Source: Deltaproteobacteria bacterium (GTDB lineage Bacteria > Myxococcota > Myxococcia > SLRQ01). Taken from it: DNA of 64,000 nucleotides. A program made the position numbers and the translations under genes. Numbering within the stretch: position 1 is the stretch's first letter; each line of letters starts with the position of its first letter. This document shows positions 8,193-16,874 of the stretch, in pieces. The notes under the pieces are model-generated. The model saw only the letters and a list, made by a program, of their open reading frames with translations, made no database searches and had not been told where the DNA came from. The stretch covers positions 27,742-91,741 of the forward strand of contig JARGFU010000007.1 of the NCBI GenBank assembly GCA_029210625.1. Reading direction: 5' to 3'.

Positions 8193-10436
8193 TCAGGCCT
8201 TCTGGCTGATCATCAGGAGGGGGCAGCGGGTGGCCGTGGCGATCTCGATCAGGGTCTTGCCGAAGGTCAGGCGGCCGCCGCGCCGCCGCTGGAGGCCGAG
8301 GATCATCAGGTCGGCCCGATCGGCCTGCGCCGCCACCTCGGCGGTCATCGCCTCGGCGTGGATCACCTCGACGGAGCTGGCCCGGGGGGCCTCGTCGCGG
8401 CAGAGCAAGGCGAGCTGGGCCCGCACCCGGCGATCCTCCTCCCGGCTGGCGTCCGCGGGTAGGACCCCCAGGAAGGTGATCTCCCGGGGCGCCGCGCGCA
8501 GCAGGGAGCCCAGGAGGCGCGCCCGGATCGGCCCGTGGTCCACCCCGCCGCGGGCGGGGATGAGGATCCGGCGGGCCTCCTCGGGGCGCCAGCCCGGCGG
8601 GGCGCGCAGGATCACGACGTCGGCGTCGATGGAGTCGACCAGGTGCTCCAGGGGGCCGGAGATCATCTCCGGGCCGAGCTCACCGACACCCAGCAGCACC
8701 CGCTGGCAGCGGGTGCGCCGGGCGATGCGTGCGATCTCGCTCCAGGGATCGTCGCTCAGGGTGATCAGGGCCTCGGGCTGCATCCGGGTCTCCAGCGCCG
8801 CCGCCAGCGCGCCACCGAGCACCTGCTGGGCGTCGACGAGGGCGGGAAGCTGGGCGAGGCCCTCGGTCTCCGAGTCCAGGACCTCCGGGCGGCGCACCAC
8901 CGAGAGGAGCTGGATCCGGGAGGCCGGCCCGGGCGAGAGGGCGCTGGCCAGCTTCACCAGGGTCGGGGCGCTGGCCGGGTTGGCGATGGGGACGAGCACC
9001 AGGGGCGTGCGCCCGCGCAGCTTGAGGATCTCCGGGTCGAAGGCCTCGGAGCCGGCGTCGACGGTCCGGGCCCTCGGCGCGAGGAGGGTGACGTAGAGCA
9101 TCGCGCCCAGGGAGAGCCAGAGGGCGGCGAGGACGCCGGCCGAGGGCACCGCCACCGCCTGGTAGAGCCCGAGGGCCAGGCAGCTCACCCCGCCGAGGGC
9201 GGGCACCAGGGGGAAGGCCCGGGTCTGGAAGCCGGAGTGCTGGCTGCCCCGCTTCCGGGCGAGGTAGGCGATGCCGTGGGCGAGGGTGAAGCTCGCCAGG
9301 AAGATGAGGCTGGAGACGGCGCCGGCGGTGGCGACGTCCGGCACGGCGATGAGCACGAAGGTCACCGCGCCGGTGGTGAGGAAGATCGCCGCCCGCGGCG
9401 TGCGGCCCCGGCCCGAGAGCTCGGCGTAGCGGGGGGGCAGCGTCCGGTCCATCGCCATCGTGCGCGCGAAGGCGGAGGCCGCGAGCAGGTTGGCGTGGAG
9501 CGCCGAGAGCATCGAGAGGAGGCCGGCGACGAGCACCAGCCAGTAGCCGCTCGGCCCGAGGAAGGCGCGGGTGGCGGTGGCCACCAGGATCTCGGGATCC
9601 TTCGCCGCGGCCTGGGAGATCGGCAGTTCGGGGCTGCCCACCGCCACGATGAGGAAGAGGAGGGGGAGGTAGATGACGAGGGCGGTGCCCAGCGAGAGCA
9701 GCATCGCCCGCGGGATGTTCCGCTGGGGATCCTGGACCCGGCCGCCCACGGCGGCGATGAGGTCGAAGCCCTGCAGGGCGATGAAGGTGTAGCCCATGGC
9801 CTGGAGCAGGCCGCTGCCGCCCCGGGCCAGGAAGGGCTGGAAGCGCTCCCCGAGGGTGTGGAGGGAGGGCGGCGCCACCACCAGGACGAAGAAGCCCGCC
9901 AGGATGAGGAAGCCGAAGACCACGACCTTGCCCACCGTGGCCCACTGGCCGCCGCCGGCCGTCGAGCGCAGGAGGGCCAGGGCGTAGCCGCCGACCGCCA
10001 GGAGGGCGAGGACCAGGGCGGCGATCCGGCCGCCGAGCCAGGCGGGCGGCTCGCCGCCGAGGGCGTGGATCAGCGCTTCGAGGAAGGGCACCAGGAAGAC
10101 GGCGAAGCCCAGGGCGTAGAGCACCGCCGCCACCACGGAGGCGAACCAGACCACCCAGCCGACCCCGAAGGCCGCCTCGATGGTGAGCACCTTGCGGGCG
10201 TAGGTGTAGGTGCCACCGGACTGGGGGAAGCGGCTGGCGAGCTCGGCGAAGGAGAGGGCGGTGAGCAGCGCGATGCCGCCGTTGAGCGCGAAGGCCAGGA
10301 TCGCCGAGGGCCCGGAGGTGGCGAAGGCGACGCCGGCCAGGGCCAGGACCCCGCCGCCGACGATCGCACCGACGCCCACCCCGGTCGCGGGCAGGAGGCC
10401 GAGATCGCGCTCTTCGATGGTGTGGCTCGCGCTCAT
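8193..10436 (-). CDS. APC family amino acid permease fused to two USP-like domains
   Basis: GAIVGGGV and AELASRFPQSGGTY motifs, 12 TMs; C-terminal VLVPIANP and ILIPARGG USP-like domains. Confidence 0.88.
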   Translation of the reverse strand: MSASHTIEERDLGLLPATGVGVGAIVGGGVLALAGVAFATSGPSAILAFALNGGIALLTALSFAELASRFPQSGGTYTYARKVLTIEAAFGVGWVVWFASVVAAVLYALGFAVFLVPFLEALIHALGGEPPAWLGGRIAALVLALLAVGGYALALLRSTAGGGQWATVGKVVVFGFLILAGFFVLVVAPPSLHTLGERFQPFLARGGSGLLQAMGYTFIALQGFDLIAAVGGRVQDPQRNIPRAMLLSLGTALVIYLPLLFLIVAVGSPELPISQAAAKDPEILVATATRAFLGPSGYWLVLVAGLLSMLSALHANLLAASAFARTMAMDRTLPPRYAELSGRGRTPRAAIFLTTGAVTFVLIAVPDVATAGAVSSLIFLASFTLAHGIAYLARKRGSQHSGFQTRAFPLVPALGGVSCLALGLYQAVAVPSAGVLAALWLSLGAMLYVTLLAPRARTVDAGSEAFDPEILKLRGRTPLVLVPIANPASAPTLVKLASALSPGPASRIQLLSVVRRPEVLDSETEGLAQLPALVDAQQVLGGALAAALETRMQPEALITLSDDPWSEIARIARRTRCQRVLLGVGELGPEMISGPLEHLVDSIDADVVILRAPPGWRPEEARRILIPARGGVDHGPIRARLLGSLLRAAPREITFLGVLPADASREEDRRVRAQLALLCRDEAPRASSVEVIHAEAMTAEVAAQADRADLMILGLQRRRGGRLTFGKTLIEIATATRCPLLMISQKA

Positions 10437-10484
10437 GAACGGGGAAGAGGCATCGCTGTGGCCTCGATCTAGCCCCTCTCCCGG

Positions 10485-12170
10485 CTAGCGCCAGTCGCCG
10501 TGGAAGCGCGCGCCGCCGCCCAGGAGGCAGGCGTCCATCGCCAGGGAGCGGCGGTTGGGGCCGGCCTCCCAGCGGGTCGCCCCGGACTCGCTGACGGCCG
10601 TCACCTTCCAGGCGAAGATCGCGCCCACCGGGAGGGGGACGTCCTCGAGCGTGGTCCAGAAGGGGTAGGACGTGGCGTCGGTGAAGAGGGGGACGCCCTC
10701 GCCGCGCTCGCCCCACGCGCCGAGGCGCTCGGCGTCGCCCCGCACGTGGACGCTCTCCCCCCACTCGGTCTGGGCCGTGGCGGTGAAGCCCACCGGCGCG
10801 TCGGGCCAGCCGGCCTGCGCGAGGAGCTCGGCGGCGACCACCCCGAAGGGGGCCTCATCCTCGTCGGCGCTCTGATCCGCGTAGCGCTCGAGCACCTTCA
10901 TCCACTGGCCGAGGTAGCGCCGGCCGAGGTGGGGCAGGCCGGCGGCCGCGGTGTCCACGAAGAGCATGCTCTCGTGGTTGCGGGCGGTGCGGGTGTCGGA
11001 GCCGAGGGCGGCGTAGGAGTAGTTCGCCGCGTCGGTGATCACCCGGATCCGCGTCCGGCCCAGGATGGCCACCTTGTGGTGCATGGCGGTGAAGGGGGTG
11101 GCGCGGTTGGTGACCTCGTAGACGTGGACCCCGGCGCCGCGGAGGCGATCCTCGGTGCGGTCGTTGCGATAGACGGGGTTGCCGTCGGCGTCGACGCCGT
11201 CGGACTGCTTGCGGTCGGTGATGAGGTAGACGGGCACGCCGGCCTTCGCCTTCGCCTTCAGGATGTCGACGAGGGAGCCGTCGACCCCCGCGGCGGTGAC
11301 GTCGCGCAGGCTGTAGACCATCAGCAGGATCTGCTCGTCCTCCTCCTGGAGCCACTGCAGCAGGCGGGTGCCGGCCCGGGGCCCGGAGGCCGCGGGGGTG
11401 AAGAGGACGTTGAGGGCGGCGCCCTCGTCCCAGACGTTGGGGACGCGCCGGTCCTCGAGGACCGCCCGGTAGGCCTCGTCGTAGCGGGCGATCAGGGCCG
11501 GGTCGCGGATGAGGTGGAGGGTCTCCTCGTTGAGCACGGCGTTGTCGCCGGGGTTCATCGAGCCCGAGATCACCGCCTCGAAGCCCGGCGCCTGGAAGAT
11601 GCGGGTCTTCAGGTGCATCAGCCCGCTGCCGGTGACGCCGATCAGGTCGGCCTCTCGCCGCCCGCCCTCGTCGAGGGCGCGGTGGTCGGGCGCGTACTCG
11701 AAGCCGGCGTCGATCAGGCGCTCGTCCATCTGGTTGTAGTCGCGGGCGGGGTCGAGCTGATCGGCCTCGATCAGCACCTGCACGTCCACCCCGCGCGCGG
11801 CGGCGTCGATCAGGGCGTCGGTGATCCGCTCGTTACGCAGGTTGTAGACAGCGTAGCGGATCGTGAAGGGGTTCTCGCCCTCCTCGTGGGCGGCGGGGTC
11901 GGCCTCCCGGCGGGCGGCGATCTCCTCGATGAGGGTGAGCTCGAGCGTGCTCACCGGATCGTCGGGCGCGAAGAGCACCGCCAGCGGCGCGTCGAGGACG
12001 GCGTCCGCGGGCAGGGGCGCGCTCGCCCTCAGGCTGTCGATGAAGCCGTCGGCCTTGCCCTCGGCGACGGGGCTGCCGTCCTCGTAGCCATCGGGGATCT
12101 CCTCGCCGCCGCAGGCGGGAAGGAGGAGCAGGCCGAAGAGGGCGAGAGCAGAGAGCGTGAGGCGACGCAT
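10485..12170 (-). CDS. Phospholipase D-like lipoprotein with C-terminal CBM20-like domain
   Basis: Lipobox LLPAC and GKADG; two HxK motifs (MHLK...GSMN, MHHK...AANYS); C-terminal TEWGESVHVRG..LGAW..YPFW..WK..WEAGPNR matches CBM20. Confidence 0.8.
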   Translation of the reverse strand: MRRLTLSALALFGLLLLPACGGEEIPDGYEDGSPVAEGKADGFIDSLRASAPLPADAVLDAPLAVLFAPDDPVSTLELTLIEEIAARREADPAAHEEGENPFTIRYAVYNLRNERITDALIDAAARGVDVQVLIEADQLDPARDYNQMDERLIDAGFEYAPDHRALDEGGRREADLIGVTGSGLMHLKTRIFQAPGFEAVISGSMNPGDNAVLNEETLHLIRDPALIARYDEAYRAVLEDRRVPNVWDEGAALNVLFTPAASGPRAGTRLLQWLQEEDEQILLMVYSLRDVTAAGVDGSLVDILKAKAKAGVPVYLITDRKQSDGVDADGNPVYRNDRTEDRLRGAGVHVYEVTNRATPFTAMHHKVAILGRTRIRVITDAANYSYAALGSDTRTARNHESMLFVDTAAAGLPHLGRRYLGQWMKVLERYADQSADEDEAPFGVVAAELLAQAGWPDAPVGFTATAQTEWGESVHVRGDAERLGAWGERGEGVPLFTDATSYPFWTTLEDVPLPVGAIFAWKVTAVSESGATRWEAGPNRRSLAMDACLLGGGARFHGDWR

Positions 12171-12201
12171 GGCCGCATTCTAGGCTGGCCCCGGCGATCG
12201 G

Positions 12202-12978
12202 TCACGGGCGCAGGAGCGCGTCGGCGTAGGGGTAGCCGCCCTCGATGAGGGTGCGGGCCGAGGCCTGCACCAGGGCCCGGCGCTCGGGGGTGGCCTCGCG
12301 CTTCCAGTAGGCGAGGGTGTCGAAGGTCGGGCCGGGGTTCTCCCGGGAGATGTCGTTCATCGCCTCGGCGACCTCGGCGCGCACCCGCTCGATGGGATCG
12401 TCCTTGAGGAGGTCGAGCAGATCGAGCGCCGGGTCGGGCCGGTCGGCGAAGTAGGAGAAGGGCTCGGCGCCCGGCAGGTAGGGGCGGATGCCCCTCGCCA
12501 CCAGCATCCGCACGTGCGCCGAGAGGTCCCGGGTCCAGAGCTTGAGGACCCGGAAGGTCTCGGGGAAGTCGGCCTCGACGAAGATGCGCAGCTGGCGCTC
12601 CGCCGAGCAGCGGGTGGTGAGCTGGTGGAGGCCGTTCATGCCCTGTCTCCAGTGCTCGCGGCCGTTCCGGGCGACGAGCTCCAGCGCGGGCAGGACGACC
12701 CGCCGGTCCTCGCCCTCTCCGCTCAGGGGGCGGGGCAGGGGGGAGGCGTCGATCAGGAGCCCGACCGCGTCGGCGAAGGACGCGGGCAGCTGCTCGGCCA
12801 GGGCGTCGGCCGCGTGGCGGGCGCGCCCCTCGAGGTCGAGGGCCTCGAAGCCCTCGCTGACGCGCGCGAAGAAGGTCCCGGGGTCGAAGTCGGCGTCCAC
12901 GACGTGGAGCCGCTCACCGAAGGCGCGGAGGGAGGGGAGGTCGAGATCGTCCGGCTGGGCGTGCGCGATGTCGTTCAT
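12202..12978 (-). CDS. AlkC-like HEAT-repeat DNA alkylation repair protein (divergent)
   Basis: TTRCSAE, W..D..AHVR, LKDDP..VR..VA..MNDI pattern of the AlkC family. Confidence 0.65.
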   Translation of the reverse strand: MNDIAHAQPDDLDLPSLRAFGERLHVVDADFDPGTFFARVSEGFEALDLEGRARHAADALAEQLPASFADAVGLLIDASPLPRPLSGEGEDRRVVLPALELVARNGREHWRQGMNGLHQLTTRCSAERQLRIFVEADFPETFRVLKLWTRDLSAHVRMLVARGIRPYLPGAEPFSYFADRPDPALDLLDLLKDDPIERVRAEVAEAMNDISRENPGPTFDTLAYWKREATPERRALVQASARTLIEGGYPYADALLRP

Positions 12979-13458
12979 TCAGGGCAGTCTGCTCTGCCCC
13001 TTGGCCGGAGACAACGCCCCGAGGCCGACGCCGGAGCGGGCCCGCGAGGGGAGGGAGGCCACCCGGGCCTGCAGCCAGGTCCCCAGGAGCATCCCCAGCA
13101 CGGTGAAGAGGGCCAGCAGCTTCCCCTCGCCCAGCTGGACGAAGGCGGTGCCGGGGCAGGTGCCCGAGAGCCCCCAGCCCACCCCGAAGATCGTGGCGCC
13201 GGCGAGGGTGCGCGCCGAGACCCGGGTGATCGCGCCGAGATCGGTGGCGAGCCGGCGCCGGGCGCGCAGCCAGACCACCCCGCGGTAGGTGAGGGCGCCC
13301 AGGGCGACCGCCCCGCCGATGACCAGGAGGAGGTGGAGCTCGCGCAGCGCGAACATCCCCGCGATGAGGTCGGGGTCGGTGGCCCGCGCCCGGGAGAGGA
13401 CGAAGCCGAAGGCCGCGCCCCAGAGGAGGAAGCGGTGGCGGTGGAGGAGGGCGGTCAT
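12979..13458 (-). CDS. YeeE/YedE sulfur-compound transporter family protein
   Basis: GATIFGVGWGLSGTCPGT motif. Confidence 0.85.
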   Translation of the reverse strand: MTALLHRHRFLLWGAAFGFVLSRARATDPDLIAGMFALRELHLLLVIGGAVALGALTYRGVVWLRARRRLATDLGAITRVSARTLAGATIFGVGWGLSGTCPGTAFVQLGEGKLLALFTVLGMLLGTWLQARVASLPSRARSGVGLGALSPAKGQSRLP

Positions 13459-13967
13459 GGCGTGAGGCCTCCCAGGAGGTGGAGGAGGTTCGAGGTCAGG
13501 GCCGCCACGAGGAAGAAGACCCCGGTGGCCGCCAGGCTGGTGCGCCGCCCGAGGGCGCAGCCGACGATGCCGTGGCCCGAGGTGCAGCCGCCGCCCTGGC
13601 GGGTGCCCCAGCCGATGAGGACGCCGCCGCCGAGGAGGAGGAGGGCCGTCCCGGAGACGCCGCCGGCCAGCGCGCCGAGGCTGCCCATGGAGAGGGAGAG
13701 CGAGAGGTCACCGCCGAGGAGGCCCGAGGCCAGGCCGCCGAGGGGGAGGCCCAGGAGGAAGGCGCCGCGCCAGCGGGGCGACTCGGCGGCCGGCCCGTCC
13801 CCGCAGGCCGCCGCCCGCTCCGGGACCAGGCCGAGGAGAGCGGAGAGTCCGCTGGACACCCCCAGCCGCCGGCCCTCGACCAGCAGGAGGGCGGTGCTCA
13901 CGGTGACCAGGCCCAGGGCGGCCAGCCACCAGGGCCAGGGCTCGGAGAGGATCTGCGACCAGTTCAT
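13455..13967 (-). CDS. YeeE/YedE sulfur-compound transporter family protein
   Basis: GVSS and GGGCTSGHGIVG motifs; 4-bp overlap with its partner. Confidence 0.88.
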   Translation of the reverse strand: MNWSQILSEPWPWWLAALGLVTVSTALLLVEGRRLGVSSGLSALLGLVPERAAACGDGPAAESPRWRGAFLLGLPLGGLASGLLGGDLSLSLSMGSLGALAGGVSGTALLLLGGGVLIGWGTRQGGGCTSGHGIVGCALGRRTSLAATGVFFLVAALTSNLLHLLGGLTP

Positions 13968-14073
13968 TTACTACTAATCCTATCGTGAATAAAACAGCGA
14001 TATTCGACGACTAGAAGTTAGTAGCCTGGAAAACGGATCACAAGCCAAAAATAATTACCAGTAAATCGATGTA
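13967..14073 (-). promoter_or_regulatory. AT-rich promoter region of the yeeE/yedE operon with imperfect inverted repeat
   Basis: Abrupt AT-rich island; TTTACTACTAAT (13967-13978) vs ATTACCAGTAAA (14054-14065). Confidence 0.5.
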
Positions 14074-15141
14074 TTATTCCTGGCCGGAGAAGCGCATGGG
14101 CACCCGCCCCCGCAGGCGCCCGAGGGCGAGGTAGAGGAGGGCCGCCGAGAGCAGGATCAGGCCCAGGAAGGCGGCCGGGTGGTAGAGGGCGCGGGTCGCC
14201 GGAAAGAAGGTGGGCAGGGCCCCCAGGACCAGCACCAGGCAGGCCAGCCCGAAGGAGAGCCCCGGGCGGCCCGGGAGGATGGCCGTGATGGCGACCAGGG
14301 TCACCGGCATGGTCATCTGGAAGAGGAACATCCCGGTGACCAGGAGCACCGGGGAGTCGCCGAAGTAGGCGATGAGCGGGGCCGAGAGGACGAGGGCGCC
14401 GACGCTGGTGGCGATCCAGCCGAGGCGATCCGAGAGGAAGCCTCCGAGGCCCTTGCCCAGGAAGGAGGCGAGGATGAGGGCCAGGGGCACCCAGGCGAGC
14501 TTCGGGCAGTCCCGGCCGCCGGCGTAGCCCACCAGGGCGCGGGTGAAGATCGTGAAGAGGAGCAGCGCGGCGATGAGGTGGGGCGCCGGGATCGCGAGGG
14601 TGGGGCGCTCCTCGATCGTCGGGAGGATGGGGTGCTCGGCCCTCCGGGCGAAGGCGAAGCAGAGGGCGAGGGCGAGGACCATCGGCGCGAGGGCGTAGAT
14701 GCCCTCGTTACCCAGGTGGTAGCCCAGCCCCAGCCCCAGCGCGCCGGGGGCGACGAAGATCCCCGGCGGCGTCGCCCGGCCGGGGCGGACATAGAGGGAG
14801 AGCGCCCCGGCGCCCACGTGGAAGAGGGCGTTGCCCAGGCCCACCAGGGCGATCGCCGCCAGCGCCGAGAGGGGCAGGAAGAGCGCGCCGAGGGCCGAGA
14901 GGGCGATGCCGGCGAGGAGCGCCTCCCGCGGCCAGCGCAGGCGGTCGACCAGATAGCCCAGGGGCGCCTGGCCGGCGAAGGCCAGCAGGTCGTAGGCGAT
15001 GATGCCGTAGAAGGTCCACTGCAGGCTCAGGTCGTGGACGATGAGGGTGCTGTAGACCGTCATCACCGTGACCGTGTCGACGACCGCGTGGATCACCCCG
15101 TGGGTGAGGGCGAAGTGGCGGGCGGCGCGGGGAGCGAGCAT
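14074..15141 (-). CDS. MFS-like membrane protein (Fsr-like)
   Basis: Probable start MLAPRAARH; HAVVD, QAPLGYLVDR, GLGNALFH, GGFLSDRLG; about 11-12 TMs. Confidence 0.75.
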   Translation of the reverse strand: MLAPRAARHFALTHGVIHAVVDTVTVMTVYSTLIVHDLSLQWTFYGIIAYDLLAFAGQAPLGYLVDRLRWPREALLAGIALSALGALFLPLSALAAIALVGLGNALFHVGAGALSLYVRPGRATPPGIFVAPGALGLGLGYHLGNEGIYALAPMVLALALCFAFARRAEHPILPTIEERPTLAIPAPHLIAALLLFTIFTRALVGYAGGRDCPKLAWVPLALILASFLGKGLGGFLSDRLGWIATSVGALVLSAPLIAYFGDSPVLLVTGMFLFQMTMPVTLVAITAILPGRPGLSFGLACLVLVLGALPTFFPATRALYHPAAFLGLILLSAALLYLALGRLRGRVPMRFSGQE

Positions 15142-15213
15142 CGGTTCCAGGGTAGTGCGGACGCACGGGCTTCGGTAGCATCGAGGCTGCTCGCTCCCAC
15201 CGAAAGGAAAGCC

Positions 15214-15561
15214 ATGCGCTACCTTCTCGCCGCCCTCGTGGTCTCGCTCCTCACCGCGTCCCTGGCGTCCCCGGCCCTGGCGGACATCGGGCCCGGCCCC
15301 AGCTGCACCATCGACGATCGCTCCGACAAGCGGACGGAGTGCGTCGCCTGCGCCACCACCGCCGAGTGCGAGGCGCTGGGGTCGGAGTGGGTCTACGAGT
15401 GCACGGGCGCCGTGGGCGACATCTACTGCCGCCCGGATCCCGACTACGAAGGCGGCTGCGCCAGCAGCGGCGGCGCCCGGAAGCCGGTGATCTTCACCGG
15501 GCTGCTCGCGATCTTCGGGGCGCTCCTCCTGCGCCGCTCGCGGCGGAAGGCAGCCTCCTAG
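15214..15561 (+). CDS. Small secreted Cys-rich protein with MYXO-CTERM-like anchor
   Basis: AGGA SD; signal peptide (ALA|DIG); 6 Cys in the core; GGC + TM + RRSRRK tail. Confidence 0.75.
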   Translation: MRYLLAALVVSLLTASLASPALADIGPGPSCTIDDRSDKRTECVACATTAECEALGSEWVYECTGAVGDIYCRPDPDYEGGCASSGGARKPVIFTGLLAIFGALLLRRSRRKAAS

Positions 15562-15579
15562 GCCCCTTTCGGGGCGGGC

Positions 15580-15933
15580 ATGACCGAGCTGCCTCCGATC
15601 GGGCTCTGGGCGCAGGCCTTCGCCCTGACCCTCCTGATCGAGGTGCCGATCTACGCCGGGCTGGCGCCGGAGGGCTGCGGGCGCGCGCGGGCCGCCCTCG
15701 CCGGGGCCGCCGGCAGCGCCCTGACCCACCCGCTGCTCTGGTACGTCTGGGTCCCGCTGATCCCGGGGTACGGCCGGGCGGTGATGAGCGGGGAGGTGCT
15801 GGTGGTGGTGCTCGAGATCCTCGTCTTCCATCTCCTCACCGGCCGGCGCTCCCTGCGGCGGGCGGCCGCCGCCGCCCTGCTGGCGAACGCCGCCTCCTAC
15901 GGCCTGGGGCTGGTCTGGCAGGCGCTGCGCTGA
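15580..15933 (+). CDS. Small 4-TM membrane protein
   Basis: TLLIEVP, ALTHPLLW, GEVLVVVLE and ANAASY helices. Confidence 0.7.
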   Translation: MTELPPIGLWAQAFALTLLIEVPIYAGLAPEGCGRARAALAGAAGSALTHPLLWYVWVPLIPGYGRAVMSGEVLVVVLEILVFHLLTGRRSLRRAAAAALLANAASYGLGLVWQALR

Positions 15934-16025
15934 GCGGGAGCGCTGGCTTGCGGCGAGGCCTCCGGGCATCCATGTTCGGGTCGGGCGGGGATCCCGACCC
16001 GAGGCCCGATCCCGAAAGGACACCG

Positions 16026-16874
16026 ATGAAGACCCCAGACCTGTCCCTTCTCTCCCTGCTGGTGCTCACCCTCCTGGCGCCTTCCGCCGCGGCCGCCGCC
16101 GGAGAAGAGGACGAGGGCCTGAGCGTCCGGGCGGCCGCCGAGCTCGGCTACCTCGGGGTGCTCTCCCACGAGATCCAGCTCGACAGCGCGGGCACCCTCA
16201 TCGACTACAAGGCCGAGGGGGGCCAGGAGGTGCTCTTCCCGGTGAGCCGCCTCTCCCTCGAGCTGGGCCTGAACGCCCGCCACCGGCTGGTCTTCCTCTA
16301 CCAGCCGCTGCGCATCGAGACCGTCAACGTCCTCCCCCGGGATCTGGTGATCCAGGAGGCGACCTTCGCCGCCGGGACCCCGGTGCGCTTCGTCTACGGC
16401 TTCCCCTTCTGGCGGGCGAGCTGGCTCTACGACTTCGCGCCGGGCGCCGAGCGGGAGCTCGCCTTCGGCATCTCGCTGCAGCTGCGCAACGCCACCATCA
16501 ACTTCGAGAGCCTCGACGGCGCCCTGACCCGCACCAACCGCGACCTCGGACCCGTCCCCATCCTCAAGGGACGCTGGCGCCGGCCCCTCGGCCGCAGCTT
16601 CTTCGTCGGGGCCGAGGCCGACGGCTTCTACGCGCCCATCAGCTACATCAACGGCAGCGACAACGAGGTCGTGGGCGCCATCCTCGACGCGAGCGTGCGG
16701 GGTGGGGTCGTCCTCGAGGAGGGGCCGGTCCTCTTCCTCAACCTGCGCTACCTCGGTGGGGGCTCGGTGGGCACCGGCACCCCCGACGGTGCGGGGGATG
16801 GCTACCTGAAGAACTGGCTCCACTTCTTCACGGTCACCGTGGGGGCCAGCTACGACCTCGCCGTCCGCTGCTAG
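16026..16874 (+). CDS. Putative outer-membrane beta-barrel protein
   Basis: AAGGA SD; signal peptide; amphipathic beta strands; ends VTVGASYDL. Confidence 0.7.
   Translation: MKTPDLSLLSLLVLTLLAPSAAAAAGEEDEGLSVRAAAELGYLGVLSHEIQLDSAGTLIDYKAEGGQEVLFPVSRLSLELGLNARHRLVFLYQPLRIETVNVLPRDLVIQEATFAAGTPVRFVYGFPFWRASWLYDFAPGAERELAFGISLQLRNATINFESLDGALTRTNRDLGPVPILKGRWRRPLGRSFFVGAEADGFYAPISYINGSDNEVVGAILDASVRGGVVLEEGPVLFLNLRYLGGGSVGTGTPDGAGDGYLKNWLHFFTVTVGASYDLAVRC

Noticed and set aside
15976-16020. Alternative hairpins (TCGGGTCGGG with CCCGACCCGA or CCCGATCCCGA) upstream of the OM barrel gene
   Set aside because: No recognisable riboswitch core; such GC pairings arise easily by chance here.
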